DNA of 54,083 nucleotides from Bdellovibrionota bacterium (GTDB lineage Bacteria; Bdellovibrionota; UBA1018; UBA923). Every line of letters starts with the position of its first letter. Position 1 is the first letter of the stretch. Below, one piece after another: positions 35,201 through 43,511 of this stretch. Position numbers and translations under genes: made by a program. Below the pieces are notes generated by a model, which saw nothing but the letters and a program-made list of their open reading frames with translations, ran no database searches and had not been told where the DNA came from. The stretch is from NCBI GenBank assembly GCA_040754655.1, contig JBFMCE010000010.1:1-54083 (forward strand), in the 5' to 3' direction.

Positions 35201-35317
35201 GCCCGTCGCGAAGACCGTACACGCCGGCAATTGATTTTTGGCTGAACTGCCTTCTGGTGTCGTCGCATTTGCGATAGCACCTAGATTTAAAACAAGGTAG
35301 ACGAGCGGTAGACTCAC
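32240..35317 (-). CDS. Large secreted protein: beta-propeller-like N-half, putative clan CD peptidase-like C-terminal domain
   Basis: Repeated I.D...G blade motifs (IRDLKDG, ITDLKSG, ITDIITG, IYDLEKG, LLDVENG); C-terminal YFIKEAHSDG and FIYLNTSCWS. Confidence 0.7.
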   Translation of the reverse strand: MSLPLVYLVLNLGAIANATTPEGSSAKNQLPACTVFATGPKIHFVSIPSSNVATQNPTVIDKRYFVGLFRRDDKSGLVIRDLKDGYEKKFDFETFGGNFSYSQELNSIFVPLYDGSIFITDLKSGTQKTYPSPGEKWKEASTYVPPGESHVVYMNEKSDPPSVLIKSIKDGSEVVVPGKYQAPFRNFGDYSTSGPENLIVTQNGTRLYITDIITGKQEEHELPEGADFNEFTANAQYALIPQMGDRDKFMLWDKKRNLHKVILDTGNNRNGTAGVTSDGNYIVIRDTMVEVYDPKNGTRRKVFESEEFVTSSKRGKKLGAQVGDWGNKKIWIYDLEKGTSKIYDSPEFDVAIPMFDRDGKQMVLFDRSGNRAVLLDVENGTQFNLPVPKNFHLQEPTHSYDAKDMIACKQLWADSFEQCAIIPSDYTCIPDRLTIAGADPICKNGEKVESTLGDSAEHMLKRVGLQQLCDIEFDSQTRLLWDNETPPPENDSLTTEVAEKYLFRFQKLEGFEIEKHLPILLAILKSDLPSRHPSLVSGALQTVLHKSQLLYEDLLKRVPSLLNLKPDDLSNPCRTQRETEALKQDALEYLKFLTVQNGPKTKLSDWPGLIHLRSLLAKLTPAQKEEYKDLIAQSLADRAADTKVYGGIFVSKLYKIIYQNVAYFFGETPKQLTDLTLVREADKVTPIIIGVSAIDGDNGTQTEFGMAIKRLPEITLSSNVEPGQVLANQKVEWTHDEKQFQATVSIMTLERKSDLVAKGDAPKYPELWKDRVLTGMVIVGSNMRGDAVGVMDEYLQYYHDNKFVFPDKSSMSRVPDCPQFLKNGVSSGELDYFIKEAHSDGDEKNVFRMDVSCRVLKGERTLDDGKKEIVYLVFPDEKASRTVLVPNQEFGEWIQARKAKGKGQFIYLNTSCWSHRKAVYEVEAAQSDILLDIASTNSVHYFSNHDTNAEQILLTQIRDGKRYDEMREALQKNKPYQDGTANGFIFPDEWKYQQYITDVVSKMRLDMKILITDANGKPYSIEQEH

Positions 35318-35372
35318 CTTCTTCGATCGCAGCGGATACCCCTATAGATAGAACTGAGGTTTGGGTCACAGC

Positions 35373-37454
35373 TCACGGCGTCACCGTCGCATTAGACTTC
35401 TGCAGCCAGTCTTTAAGCTCTTGGTATTTTACCTTGGCCTTCTCATACTTGTCTTCGGTGAACTCATTTACTTCATCTTGATAAACAAAGTATCCAACGC
35501 CAGCTGCCACAGTCCCGGTCCCCATGACCGTTTGGATAATACGATTGTTGCGCCGAATTCGATTCAGCGCCGCGAGCTGCGTTTCATAAGAAGGAAGCTT
35601 ATACTCAATTTCAAGCGACGGAGCTTGGCGGCGAATCTGTTCATACAAGTGGTCGATGCGATTGATCATGTGGTTGTAACGCGCCACCAAGCGCAGATTT
35701 CTCTCAGCGAAGTCTTCAGGTTTGTCGTTTTTCCACTGAGATGAGATCAACCTCTCATCTGCTTTTTGGTACTTGGAAAGTACCTCAACTCGTTGTTGCA
35801 GCTCGCGCTTGGTATTTGCAAGAGCCGCAAGATTCTTTTCGCGAAGTTCTACGTTATCGCGGATTTGTGGATAGCTCTCAGGGTTGATCTCAGAGAGTTG
35901 AGAAATCGCATCGTTGATACGAGCTCGATAGGGGTTCTCTGAAGCACGCACTTGTTCTCCGAGCGCCAGAATACGTTTAGTTTTCTGTTCATCAAAGGAT
36001 TCGATCCAAGGCGCGCCATTTGTGGCGGAATTGGCATGAGCGATTCCCCGAGTGCTGGCGGGTGGAAGCTCTGGAACCTCATTGACGTTTGGTTCGATTT
36101 TATTTTGCAAGACCTCTTCGTACTTCGCGTTCAGAACATCATCTCTGGTCATCGAGTAAGACTCGGTCCAGTACTTTGTTTTTAGTTCAAGCGTAGTGTA
36201 AGTTTCCGTTTTTCCCGATGAATTCGTTCTGGTCTTGGTGACTGGGACCAGCTCCGTTTTCGAGCAGCTTACAGTGACAGTCCATTTGGTAACCACATCA
36301 TAATTCGAATCGCGCGGACTTCTACCGGTTGCATTGAGATAATGCGAATGCAAAACACCCGTTTCACGCTTGTGTTGCGCGTTTCTAACTTGCAGGTGAA
36401 CGTCATGGTACTCTTCCATCGGACGAGGCCCCATGCCCTTTCGACGCCTAGCGCCTCCAACAACCTCGTCGATGACATCCATGTCTTGTTCAGCCAGCTT
36501 TTCTTGAGCCTTGAATTCTGAATCGGGCGCATGTGCTTTAAGTTTTTTATGGAGATCTCTTACACGAATACTGGCTTCATCGAGAGGATCAGAAAGTGAG
36601 ATCTCTTTGCCATAGACGGTCTGAATGGTCTTTCTAACCTCTTCCATCTGACCCGAAGTGTCTGAGACCAGGGCCTTTAAGCGCGACTTTTCAGCATCAT
36701 TCAAGTCAAGTTCCGACGTGTACCGCGAGATCGCATGTTCAACCGGTTCGTCCATCTTGTACATGAGCTGCAAACGACGGCGGAGTTGGTTGTTGAATTG
36801 CAGAATCTCTTTAGCTTTTTGATAATAAGGAGAAAAAAACCGCGCAATGCGATCATACCACTTGGAGTTTGGATACTTTTTATTCAGGGCATGTTCGCCC
36901 AAAGCTCTGCTCAGAATATTCACTTCGCTCTGGGCAAGCGCACGGTCGGTATAGATCGCCACGACGTCTGGGTTGTCAGGATAGGCATAATCTGCATCTG
37001 CGCGACGAAGCGCTTGTCGTATTTCGTAAGATTTGTTTTGGTCGGTCCAAAAAACTGGACCATAGTCATCGACCAAATGCCGTAAATCGGCTACAAACTG
37101 ATCTTGAGCTTCAGTAGTTTTTATAGCCCCTGACTTAATAGCCCAAAAAAGATCTTCTAGCCCCTCTTGCGAGAGCCCTCCTTTTTTTGGATCAAACAGA
37201 TTTTGTAGCGTTTCCTCGGATACCGCCTCAAAGGCTTGACGCAACCGGCCATGATAAAACGCACTTGCAGTCTTTCCAGCCTCTCTGAGCATTTTTTCCG
37301 AAGGCGCATAAATCTTTTCGTGGATTGCAGCCAGTTGGGCCGTTAGCCTTTTAATGCAGTCTGACCCCGTGATCGCCGCCGGGGCTTGAGCAGCACCGCA
37401 GAATAGTGCGAAAGCAAAGAAAATAAAGGTACGGGACAAAGAAAAGTGTTTCAC
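35373..37454 (-). CDS. Hypothetical helical protein with signal peptide and C-terminal TM anchor
   Basis: Long ORF; probable GTG start at 37454; C-terminal IIQTVMGTGTVAAGVGYFVY. Confidence 0.65.
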   Translation of the reverse strand: MKHFSLSRTFIFFAFALFCGAAQAPAAITGSDCIKRLTAQLAAIHEKIYAPSEKMLREAGKTASAFYHGRLRQAFEAVSEETLQNLFDPKKGGLSQEGLEDLFWAIKSGAIKTTEAQDQFVADLRHLVDDYGPVFWTDQNKSYEIRQALRRADADYAYPDNPDVVAIYTDRALAQSEVNILSRALGEHALNKKYPNSKWYDRIARFFSPYYQKAKEILQFNNQLRRRLQLMYKMDEPVEHAISRYTSELDLNDAEKSRLKALVSDTSGQMEEVRKTIQTVYGKEISLSDPLDEASIRVRDLHKKLKAHAPDSEFKAQEKLAEQDMDVIDEVVGGARRRKGMGPRPMEEYHDVHLQVRNAQHKRETGVLHSHYLNATGRSPRDSNYDVVTKWTVTVSCSKTELVPVTKTRTNSSGKTETYTTLELKTKYWTESYSMTRDDVLNAKYEEVLQNKIEPNVNEVPELPPASTRGIAHANSATNGAPWIESFDEQKTKRILALGEQVRASENPYRARINDAISQLSEINPESYPQIRDNVELREKNLAALANTKRELQQRVEVLSKYQKADERLISSQWKNDKPEDFAERNLRLVARYNHMINRIDHLYEQIRRQAPSLEIEYKLPSYETQLAALNRIRRNNRIIQTVMGTGTVAAGVGYFVYQDEVNEFTEDKYEKAKVKYQELKDWLQKSNATVTP

Positions 37455-37597
37455 ACTCTCTTCTCGGTTTTTTGGTTGGAAATTTAAAGAAAACGAAGCC
37501 TTCAACGAGCAAGGCAAAGCACGCTAGAACGAAGGTTGGTTTCTGCTTTTTTAAGGCGCTCGGAAAAATATGCCTAAGGCCGTTCAAGGCAGAAGAC

Positions 37598-38230
37598 TTA
37601 CAACAACAGCGGCCCTTGTCTGAGAATACCCCTTTTGTCGAAGAGGATGAGATCGGTTTGCAGTAGATCGAGCACGCCAGACTTTGCTGGGTTTTGAAAG
37701 ATGTAGCGGGCGGTGTTTGCAAGGTCTCTTTCGTATTTTACTGCGCGTGACCAGAGACGTTGTTTCCAGAGTGAGGTGAGAGAAATGCCGTTTAGAGAAA
37801 GCGACTTGTTGGTTTTCGCCACTGCTGTTGTGTTTGATTTTGCCCCAACCCTTTCCGCTGCAGCCGTTCGAAGTTTGCCCAGCACTAACTTCGCAATTCT
37901 TCCCGCAACACTTCTGTGAAAATTCGCAAAACTTTCACGAGATGGCGTTTTTAGCGCCAGGTGAATGTGATTGCACTCGATCGCCAGTGCCTTAAGTTCG
38001 ATCTTCCATTTGATCTGCTCTTCTCGGATGACTCGCTTAATCTGTTCGGCGTGCCGTCTTAGCACTGGAAGATGTGATTTCAGAACACAGTGGTTGTATT
38101 GCTTGATCGAGATCACTCTTCTCACCTTTCTTTTGGAGTACTTCTTTTCTTTAAGCAAAGTGAGCTGACGTTGATTCGTGAACGAGAGTCGTTTGGGTGC
38201 CGATAACGGCGATTGAATTTGTTGTCGCAT
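37598..38230 (-). mobile_element. Y1 HUH transposase (IS200/REP-associated tyrosine transposase-like), stand-alone
   Basis: NHIHL (HUH), LWKQRLWSR and RYIFQNP (catalytic Tyr with NP motif); no tnpB nearby. Confidence 0.8.
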
Positions 38231-38258
38231 GGTCTTGCTGCCCTCTTAAAAAGATAGA

Positions 38259-38273
38259 GCAGCATTTATGCCA
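38259..38273 (-). promoter_or_regulatory. Putative sigma54 promoter upstream of the Y1 transposase
   Basis: Minus strand TGGCATAAATGCTGC: GG-N10-GC spacing, 28 nt upstream of the ATG. Confidence 0.55.
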
Positions 38274-38800
38274 GCTATTGGCACTCGATCTTTCGATTAA
38301 ATGCACGCAGATTGAAATCGAGAGAAAAATCTAATCCAACGCAAAAATCATCGAAGGGCCATGGTAAAGCAAAAGAATTGGAGGCTATTTGAAATACGAT
38401 GGCAAACTCACGATAGTGAATTGCCTGCTCGCGCGGACAGTAATTTTTGTAAGGGCATGAGGAAATTTTTCAAAAAACTTTCTGGGCTACCACGGACTGT
38501 CTAGCAACCATTCGCAGGAAACACGTTCAAAAATTTTTAGTCCCGCTACCGAGAGTTCGCGGCCACGATTGGAAGCAGAAAAAGAGACGAAAGGCCTCAT
38601 GCGCGTCACCTTGCCTCTAAATCATCGCACCCACCGCCTGCTTTACCAAACACAGCCGCAACCCAGCGGGCGCCGAGAATTCCGACCAAAACAATGCATT
38701 TTTTAAGTATATAGAGTGCGGTAGAGTCGCAATCAAATTGATCACGTGATCACGGCCTCCGTCAACGGCCCTCAAGCAAACCACGCCCCCGGCCTTCCCC

Positions 38801-40621
38801 TCAAGCCGAAACGTTCGGCCCCCCAGCCGGTTTCTGCGGATACTTCTCTCGCAAAGTTTGTCTCGCTTTTCTCAACGCCGGATCAAGGTAATTCCTGTTC
38901 CACTGAATCAAATAAGCCTGCCACGACAGCTTTCCCTCGGCGATCCGGTCAAGATCAGCCTCCATCGTCGCAGTGAAGCGGGTATCTACAAGATCAGGAA
39001 GCGCGCTCGTCAACGCCTGGTCTGTCGCCATCCCAAGCTCGGTCGGCGCAAGCACAAGTTTCTCAAGCAAGACATACTCTCGTTCTTTCAAAGTCGCGAT
39101 GGTCGAAGCATAGGTACTGGGCCTTCCAATGCCCTTTCGTTCCATCAACTGAACCAACCGAGGCTCGCTGTAACGCGGAGGCGGAGTCGTGGTGCGCGCT
39201 TGAATCGAAACGTTTTTACACTTCAAAACCTGCCCTTGCTTCAACGCCGGAAGCTCTTTGTCTTCTTCAAGATTCTTCCAAAACCGCAAATAACCAGGCT
39301 CAAGAACAACCGTCCCTCTTGCGACCCAACGCGTCTGTTGTGCATGAATCACAAGTTTTGTTTTTGAAAGTTTCGCCGCCTTGCACTGAGAGGCGATCGC
39401 CCGCTCCCAAATCAACGAATAAAGTTTATGCTGATCTGGCGTCAGAACCGATCTCGTCTTTTCAGGGGTAAAATAGGCCGAAGTAGGCCTGATCGCTTCA
39501 TGCGCCGCCTGAGCATCGGCCTTCACGCGATATGTAGGGGCTTTTTCAGGCAAAGCTTCAGCAGCGTTCTCACCAAGCCATTGCCTTGCCTCGCTCACGA
39601 ACTCTGGGCTCAATACCGCGGCATCGGTTCGCATATAGGTGATCAAGCCCTTGCCTTGAATGCCTTCATAAAGCTCTTGAGCGATCTTCATCGTGTGTTT
39701 CGGCGAGAATTTAAACTTAGCTCCCGCGACTTGTTGCAACGAACTGGTAATCAGCGGAGCCGGAGGGTTTCTGAATTCTTGCTTCTGCTCAATTTGACTC
39801 AAAACATGCTCGTGGTTACGAGCGATCTCAGCAATCCGATTGGCTTCTTGCTCAGATCGCACTCGATTGAGCTCAGGCTCGTCGGCAGATTTTTCGCTCG
39901 CCACAGGGGCCTTCTCGGCCGCCGCAGAAGTGCCGCTACCCGGCACAGACCCAGGCGCATTCTCACCCGTCGAGCTCGAACCCTCAGTCGCCGCCTCAGG
40001 TTCATAGACCGCCTCAAACCCTTCTGCGTATTTTGCCTTCAAAACCCAATAATTCTCAGGCTTGAAATTCAACCTCTCGCGCTCACGCTCGCAGATCAGA
40101 TGCAGGGTCGCTGATTGCACGCGCCCGGCGCTTTTTCCACCCGTCGATCGCCAAAGAAGCGGGCTCACTTCAAACCCCACAAGCTTATCAAGGCACTGTC
40201 TTGCCCGTTGCGAATCGACCAAAGGCAGATTGATCACGCCTGGGTTTGAGAGCGCTTTCTTGATCGCAGCCTCAGTAATCTGGGTGTAGGTCACGCGCGA
40301 ATAAGATTTTAAGTTCAGTTGACTCGCAAGATGCCAGGCAATGGCCTCGCCTTCTCGGTCGGGGTCGGTCGCCAAAAAGACATGCCGTGCACCAGCCACG
40401 ACCTTCTTTAAACGTCCCAGCACCTGTTTGCCTCGATCACCCCGAGGCACATAATGGGTGAAGACCTGGTCGTTCTTAAATTCAAAGCCCAGGCGCTTGG
40501 GTCCATCCAAGGCAAGTTCGGTCACATGACCAACGCTTGCTTCGATAACCCAGCCCGGGCCTAAAATTTTTCGGAGAGTTTTGATCTTTCCAGGACTCTC
40601 GACAATGAGAACGTTGCTCAC
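38801..40621 (-). CDS. topA: DNA topoisomerase I (type IA), short form
   Basis: LIVESPGK, LATDPDREGEAIAWH, SAGRVQS, ITYMRTD (catalytic Tyr), AHEAIRPT and GIGRPSTYA. Confidence 0.95.
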   Translation of the reverse strand: MSNVLIVESPGKIKTLRKILGPGWVIEASVGHVTELALDGPKRLGFEFKNDQVFTHYVPRGDRGKQVLGRLKKVVAGARHVFLATDPDREGEAIAWHLASQLNLKSYSRVTYTQITEAAIKKALSNPGVINLPLVDSQRARQCLDKLVGFEVSPLLWRSTGGKSAGRVQSATLHLICERERERLNFKPENYWVLKAKYAEGFEAVYEPEAATEGSSSTGENAPGSVPGSGTSAAAEKAPVASEKSADEPELNRVRSEQEANRIAEIARNHEHVLSQIEQKQEFRNPPAPLITSSLQQVAGAKFKFSPKHTMKIAQELYEGIQGKGLITYMRTDAAVLSPEFVSEARQWLGENAAEALPEKAPTYRVKADAQAAHEAIRPTSAYFTPEKTRSVLTPDQHKLYSLIWERAIASQCKAAKLSKTKLVIHAQQTRWVARGTVVLEPGYLRFWKNLEEDKELPALKQGQVLKCKNVSIQARTTTPPPRYSEPRLVQLMERKGIGRPSTYASTIATLKEREYVLLEKLVLAPTELGMATDQALTSALPDLVDTRFTATMEADLDRIAEGKLSWQAYLIQWNRNYLDPALRKARQTLREKYPQKPAGGPNVSA

Positions 40622-40629
40622 GGGTGTTA

Positions 40630-41112
40630 TTAGTGGTGGTGGCGTCCCCCAGCACCGTGGGCATGGCCATGCTCAATTTCTTCCTGGGTCGCAGACCTGA
40701 TTTCGGTGATCTCAACATCAAAATAAAGATCTTGGCCTGCAAGCGGATGATTTCCGTCAACGGAAACGGCAGCGTCACTCACCTTGGTCACGGTAAATAC
40801 CGGTGAAGGTTCATCTGCGGCGCCAGCGCGAAACTTCATCCCTACTTCAATGTTTTCGCCCGCTGGAAATTGAGTGCGTGGAACATCAAATACAAGGTTT
40901 TTGTCGTGTTCACCATAGGCGTCTTCCGCGCGAACCTCAATGCCCTGTCTCTTATCGCCTGCGCTAAGTAGTTTGATCGCAGATTCGAGGCCAGGAATGA
41001 TCTGTCCGCTTCCTTCCAAGTAAGTCATCGGGTCGCTGCCAGTAGAAGAATCTAGGGTGGTCCCGGACTTGTTACGAAGAGTGTAATGGAAACTAACTAC
41101 GCGAGGCTTCAT
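40630..41112 (-). CDS. slyD: FKBP-type peptidyl-prolyl isomerase SlyD
   Basis: YLEGSGQIIPGLE, AYG, DGNHPLAGQDLYF and His-rich tail HGHAHGAGGRHHH. Confidence 0.93.
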   Translation of the reverse strand: MKPRVVSFHYTLRNKSGTTLDSSTGSDPMTYLEGSGQIIPGLESAIKLLSAGDKRQGIEVRAEDAYGEHDKNLVFDVPRTQFPAGENIEVGMKFRAGAADEPSPVFTVTKVSDAAVSVDGNHPLAGQDLYFDVEITEIRSATQEEIEHGHAHGAGGRHHH

Positions 41113-41138
41113 TCAAATCATCTCCTTAAAATATGACA

Positions 41139-41639
41139 TTAATTAGTTTTTACCACCCTAGGTGAAAAGCCTTGGGATGTCACGGAAGGAATATGCTCAA
41201 GTTCTTTGAGTACATGGTAAAGATCGCCGTAACTGCGACAATGCATCAGCCGCTGGTGCTCAAAGTAAAGCACATCACAACGCAAGATTTCAACTTTTCG
41301 ATGGGTGGCGGGAAAATCTAAGAAAACACCGTCTTGGCGGCCTCGTAGGGCATACTCGACTGTGATGATTTCAAAAGGAGGGGCGCCAGAATGAATCGCC
41401 CGAGTCACGTCGATGGCGCCGTCGGGAAAAGCCTGGGTATATTGACGGCAAAGCCTAAGGAAAGCGTACTTTCCCTCAAGGCATTGCCGCAATGCTGTAT
41501 CCTCGAACGAAAAACGGGCGTCTAGCAACTGTGCGACCGCTTCCCAATCACGACGATTCCAAGCCTTATACCAGTCTAAGACGCACTGATTCGAGACCTT
41601 TTGCATCAGCGTCATGGGATAAAAAAACCTCGAGACCAT
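41139..41639 (-). CDS. SnoaL-like ester cyclase / NTF2-fold protein
   Basis: YKAWNRRDWEAV, AFPD, GRQDG.F..FPATHRKV and YGD motifs. Confidence 0.75.
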   Translation of the reverse strand: MVSRFFYPMTLMQKVSNQCVLDWYKAWNRRDWEAVAQLLDARFSFEDTALRQCLEGKYAFLRLCRQYTQAFPDGAIDVTRAIHSGAPPFEIITVEYALRGRQDGVFLDFPATHRKVEILRCDVLYFEHQRLMHCRSYGDLYHVLKELEHIPSVTSQGFSPRVVKTN

Positions 41640-41735
41640 AAGAGGCTTTTTTAGGAATCAGGTCAAGGGACCCAAAGTCAATGGCTGCCTTGCCGTTGTT
41701 CCCCTTCACAATCGCGCTGCAAGCAAGCGATCGCT

Positions 41736-42074
41736 TTATTCTGTCTTGGCTTTGGCAGAATGAGGGCACTCGCCTTTTTTGGCGTGCCCCTCGCAGCAAT
41801 CACTTTTGCCATGCATACAGTGCTTGCCTTGAGCGCAGCTTCCCACTGAACCACACCCGCGGTATTTCGAATAATACCGAGGAGCGCACAGCACGCACAC
41901 GGTAGCCACTAGCAAGAGCGCCTGCCAGTACTTCGCTGGCTTGAGTTTCGTGAACGCTGTAACAACCTTGTTCCAGGTTAAGAAAAGAAGCCCTGATGCA
42001 ACCAACCACCATGCAATACAAATCAGAGCACACACGATATAGCACTTCGGCCCGTAGGCGCATGAGTTTGTCAT
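41736..42074 (-). CDS. Small two-TM membrane protein with Cys/His-rich tail
   Basis: Two hydrophobic helices (..TWNKVV.., YWQALLL) and tail CGSVGSCAQGKHCMHGKSDCCEGHAKKGECPH. Confidence 0.6.
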   Translation of the reverse strand: MTNSCAYGPKCYIVCALICIAWWLVASGLLFLTWNKVVTAFTKLKPAKYWQALLLVATVCVLCAPRYYSKYRGCGSVGSCAQGKHCMHGKSDCCEGHAKKGECPHSAKAKTE

Positions 42075-42132
42075 ATAAGAGAGATTGTAACCGAGCTTCG
42101 GGCAGAAGCAAGCGGCGCTTGATCTCTACTTT

Positions 42133-43443
42133 TTAGAGCGGACGAATGCTCTGAACCGAGTGGACTTTTCCGGTCTCTTCAACAGTCTCAATGACTTCCA
42201 TTTCTGGGGTCACGACGATGTTCACGTGATCAGATGAAACGGGACGGCGGTTCACCGAAAGCCGAACACCCCGGCCGAGCAGGGCAGCGAAATCGCTCTC
42301 TCGTTGTGGAAGCGTTTGGTAAGGATCCCTGATAACCCCCTGCGCTTCGTTCTTGCCTCCCGGAACAAACGCGCCCGAGTCTGCATAAATCGAAAGGCTG
42401 ACGTTCTGCCAACCCTGCGTCTGCAACTCTTTGACTTGGGTAAGAACCATGTCAAGCGAGGTCAGGAAAAGGTGAGATTTTGCGATGTTCCCCACACTAA
42501 GCAATTTTTGGCGGGAAAATCTCTCTGCGTGCAAAACAAAAACAATGCCTTGCTCGACTCCTTGCACATAGAAAAACGGAACCTCGCTTTCCGGCGAATA
42601 AATTGAAGTCAGTTTTTCGCCTTTTCCAACGCTGTAGGCCTCTTTAGGCCTTGAGACAAGTTCCATTAGATTGGTATCGATGCGAAAAGACCTCACGTTT
42701 TCGACATTTTCTTGCATCAAAAGGTTGTAAGGCGCCACTGACCGCAGCTCACGGCGTGAGGTTTTCTCTACCCGCGACGCCCCTTCAGCTAGCCTCATCT
42801 CCTGGGCGAGAGCGGGCTCGGGGTTCATGACCGGAACGCGCAAAAACCGCTCAGACGGGCTATGCTCAACGATGAGCCGGCCCCCCAGTAAGACATAGAA
42901 ATTAGACTTGCTCATCAACGGGTCGGCCCCTGGCTTCTGAGCTCCTGGCCAAATCGCAAGCTTTTGCTCGAACAACTTTTGCCCCGTAGCGGCGTCGTAG
43001 ATATTGGCGAAACGTTCTTGTTGCACTTCTACTTGCTGCCCCGGAGGCAACAAGCCTGGCAGTCCCTCATACCCGACCCCAGGAGGAAGGTCGGCTGACG
43101 TTCGCATGCGCAAGCCACCCTCTTCAAGCAGCTCTAAGGCCAAGACTTTTTGATCTGGCCCAATGCCTTCAGCCACGGTTTTTTTCGACTCCGCTTCTCG
43201 AACCTGAATGCGCGAGTGGTAGACCGCGATCTGCTCGGGATTGAGCCGTCTCACGGTCACAGGGTTATGGCCGTAGTTCGCGAGAATCTTTGAGAGCGCG
43301 TAGGCATTGCCTTGCACAAGAGCCCTTTCACAGACTTCTGAGGACGGCGGAGCCGCATGTGCGGAAAATGAGATCGCGCTGGCCAAAAAAACACCGAAAA
43401 ACCCGAATTTTTGTGGTGACATAGGGTGCTTTAGGTAGCACAT
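42133..43443 (-). CDS. Hypothetical secreted protein
   Basis: 436-aa ORF, signal peptide ending AHA; start may be 43422. Confidence 0.65.
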   Translation of the reverse strand: MCYLKHPMSPQKFGFFGVFLASAISFSAHAAPPSSEVCERALVQGNAYALSKILANYGHNPVTVRRLNPEQIAVYHSRIQVREAESKKTVAEGIGPDQKVLALELLEEGGLRMRTSADLPPGVGYEGLPGLLPPGQQVEVQQERFANIYDAATGQKLFEQKLAIWPGAQKPGADPLMSKSNFYVLLGGRLIVEHSPSERFLRVPVMNPEPALAQEMRLAEGASRVEKTSRRELRSVAPYNLLMQENVENVRSFRIDTNLMELVSRPKEAYSVGKGEKLTSIYSPESEVPFFYVQGVEQGIVFVLHAERFSRQKLLSVGNIAKSHLFLTSLDMVLTQVKELQTQGWQNVSLSIYADSGAFVPGGKNEAQGVIRDPYQTLPQRESDFAALLGRGVRLSVNRRPVSSDHVNIVVTPEMEVIETVEETGKVHSVQSIRPL

Positions 43444-43511
43444 CGACCAATCTGATTCAACAGATTCAATTTAGAGTTTTTCGATGCAAAAGCCCGCCTC
43501 AGGCCAAGCTT

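Noticed and set aside
38398..38430. c-di-GMP-I riboswitch (GGCAAAC...stem)
   Set aside because: Lacks the following GACGCAAAGC segment and second stem, and is not positioned 5' of a same-strand gene
39428..40114. 228-aa + strand ORF
   Set aside because: Antisense shadow of topA with no protein-like features
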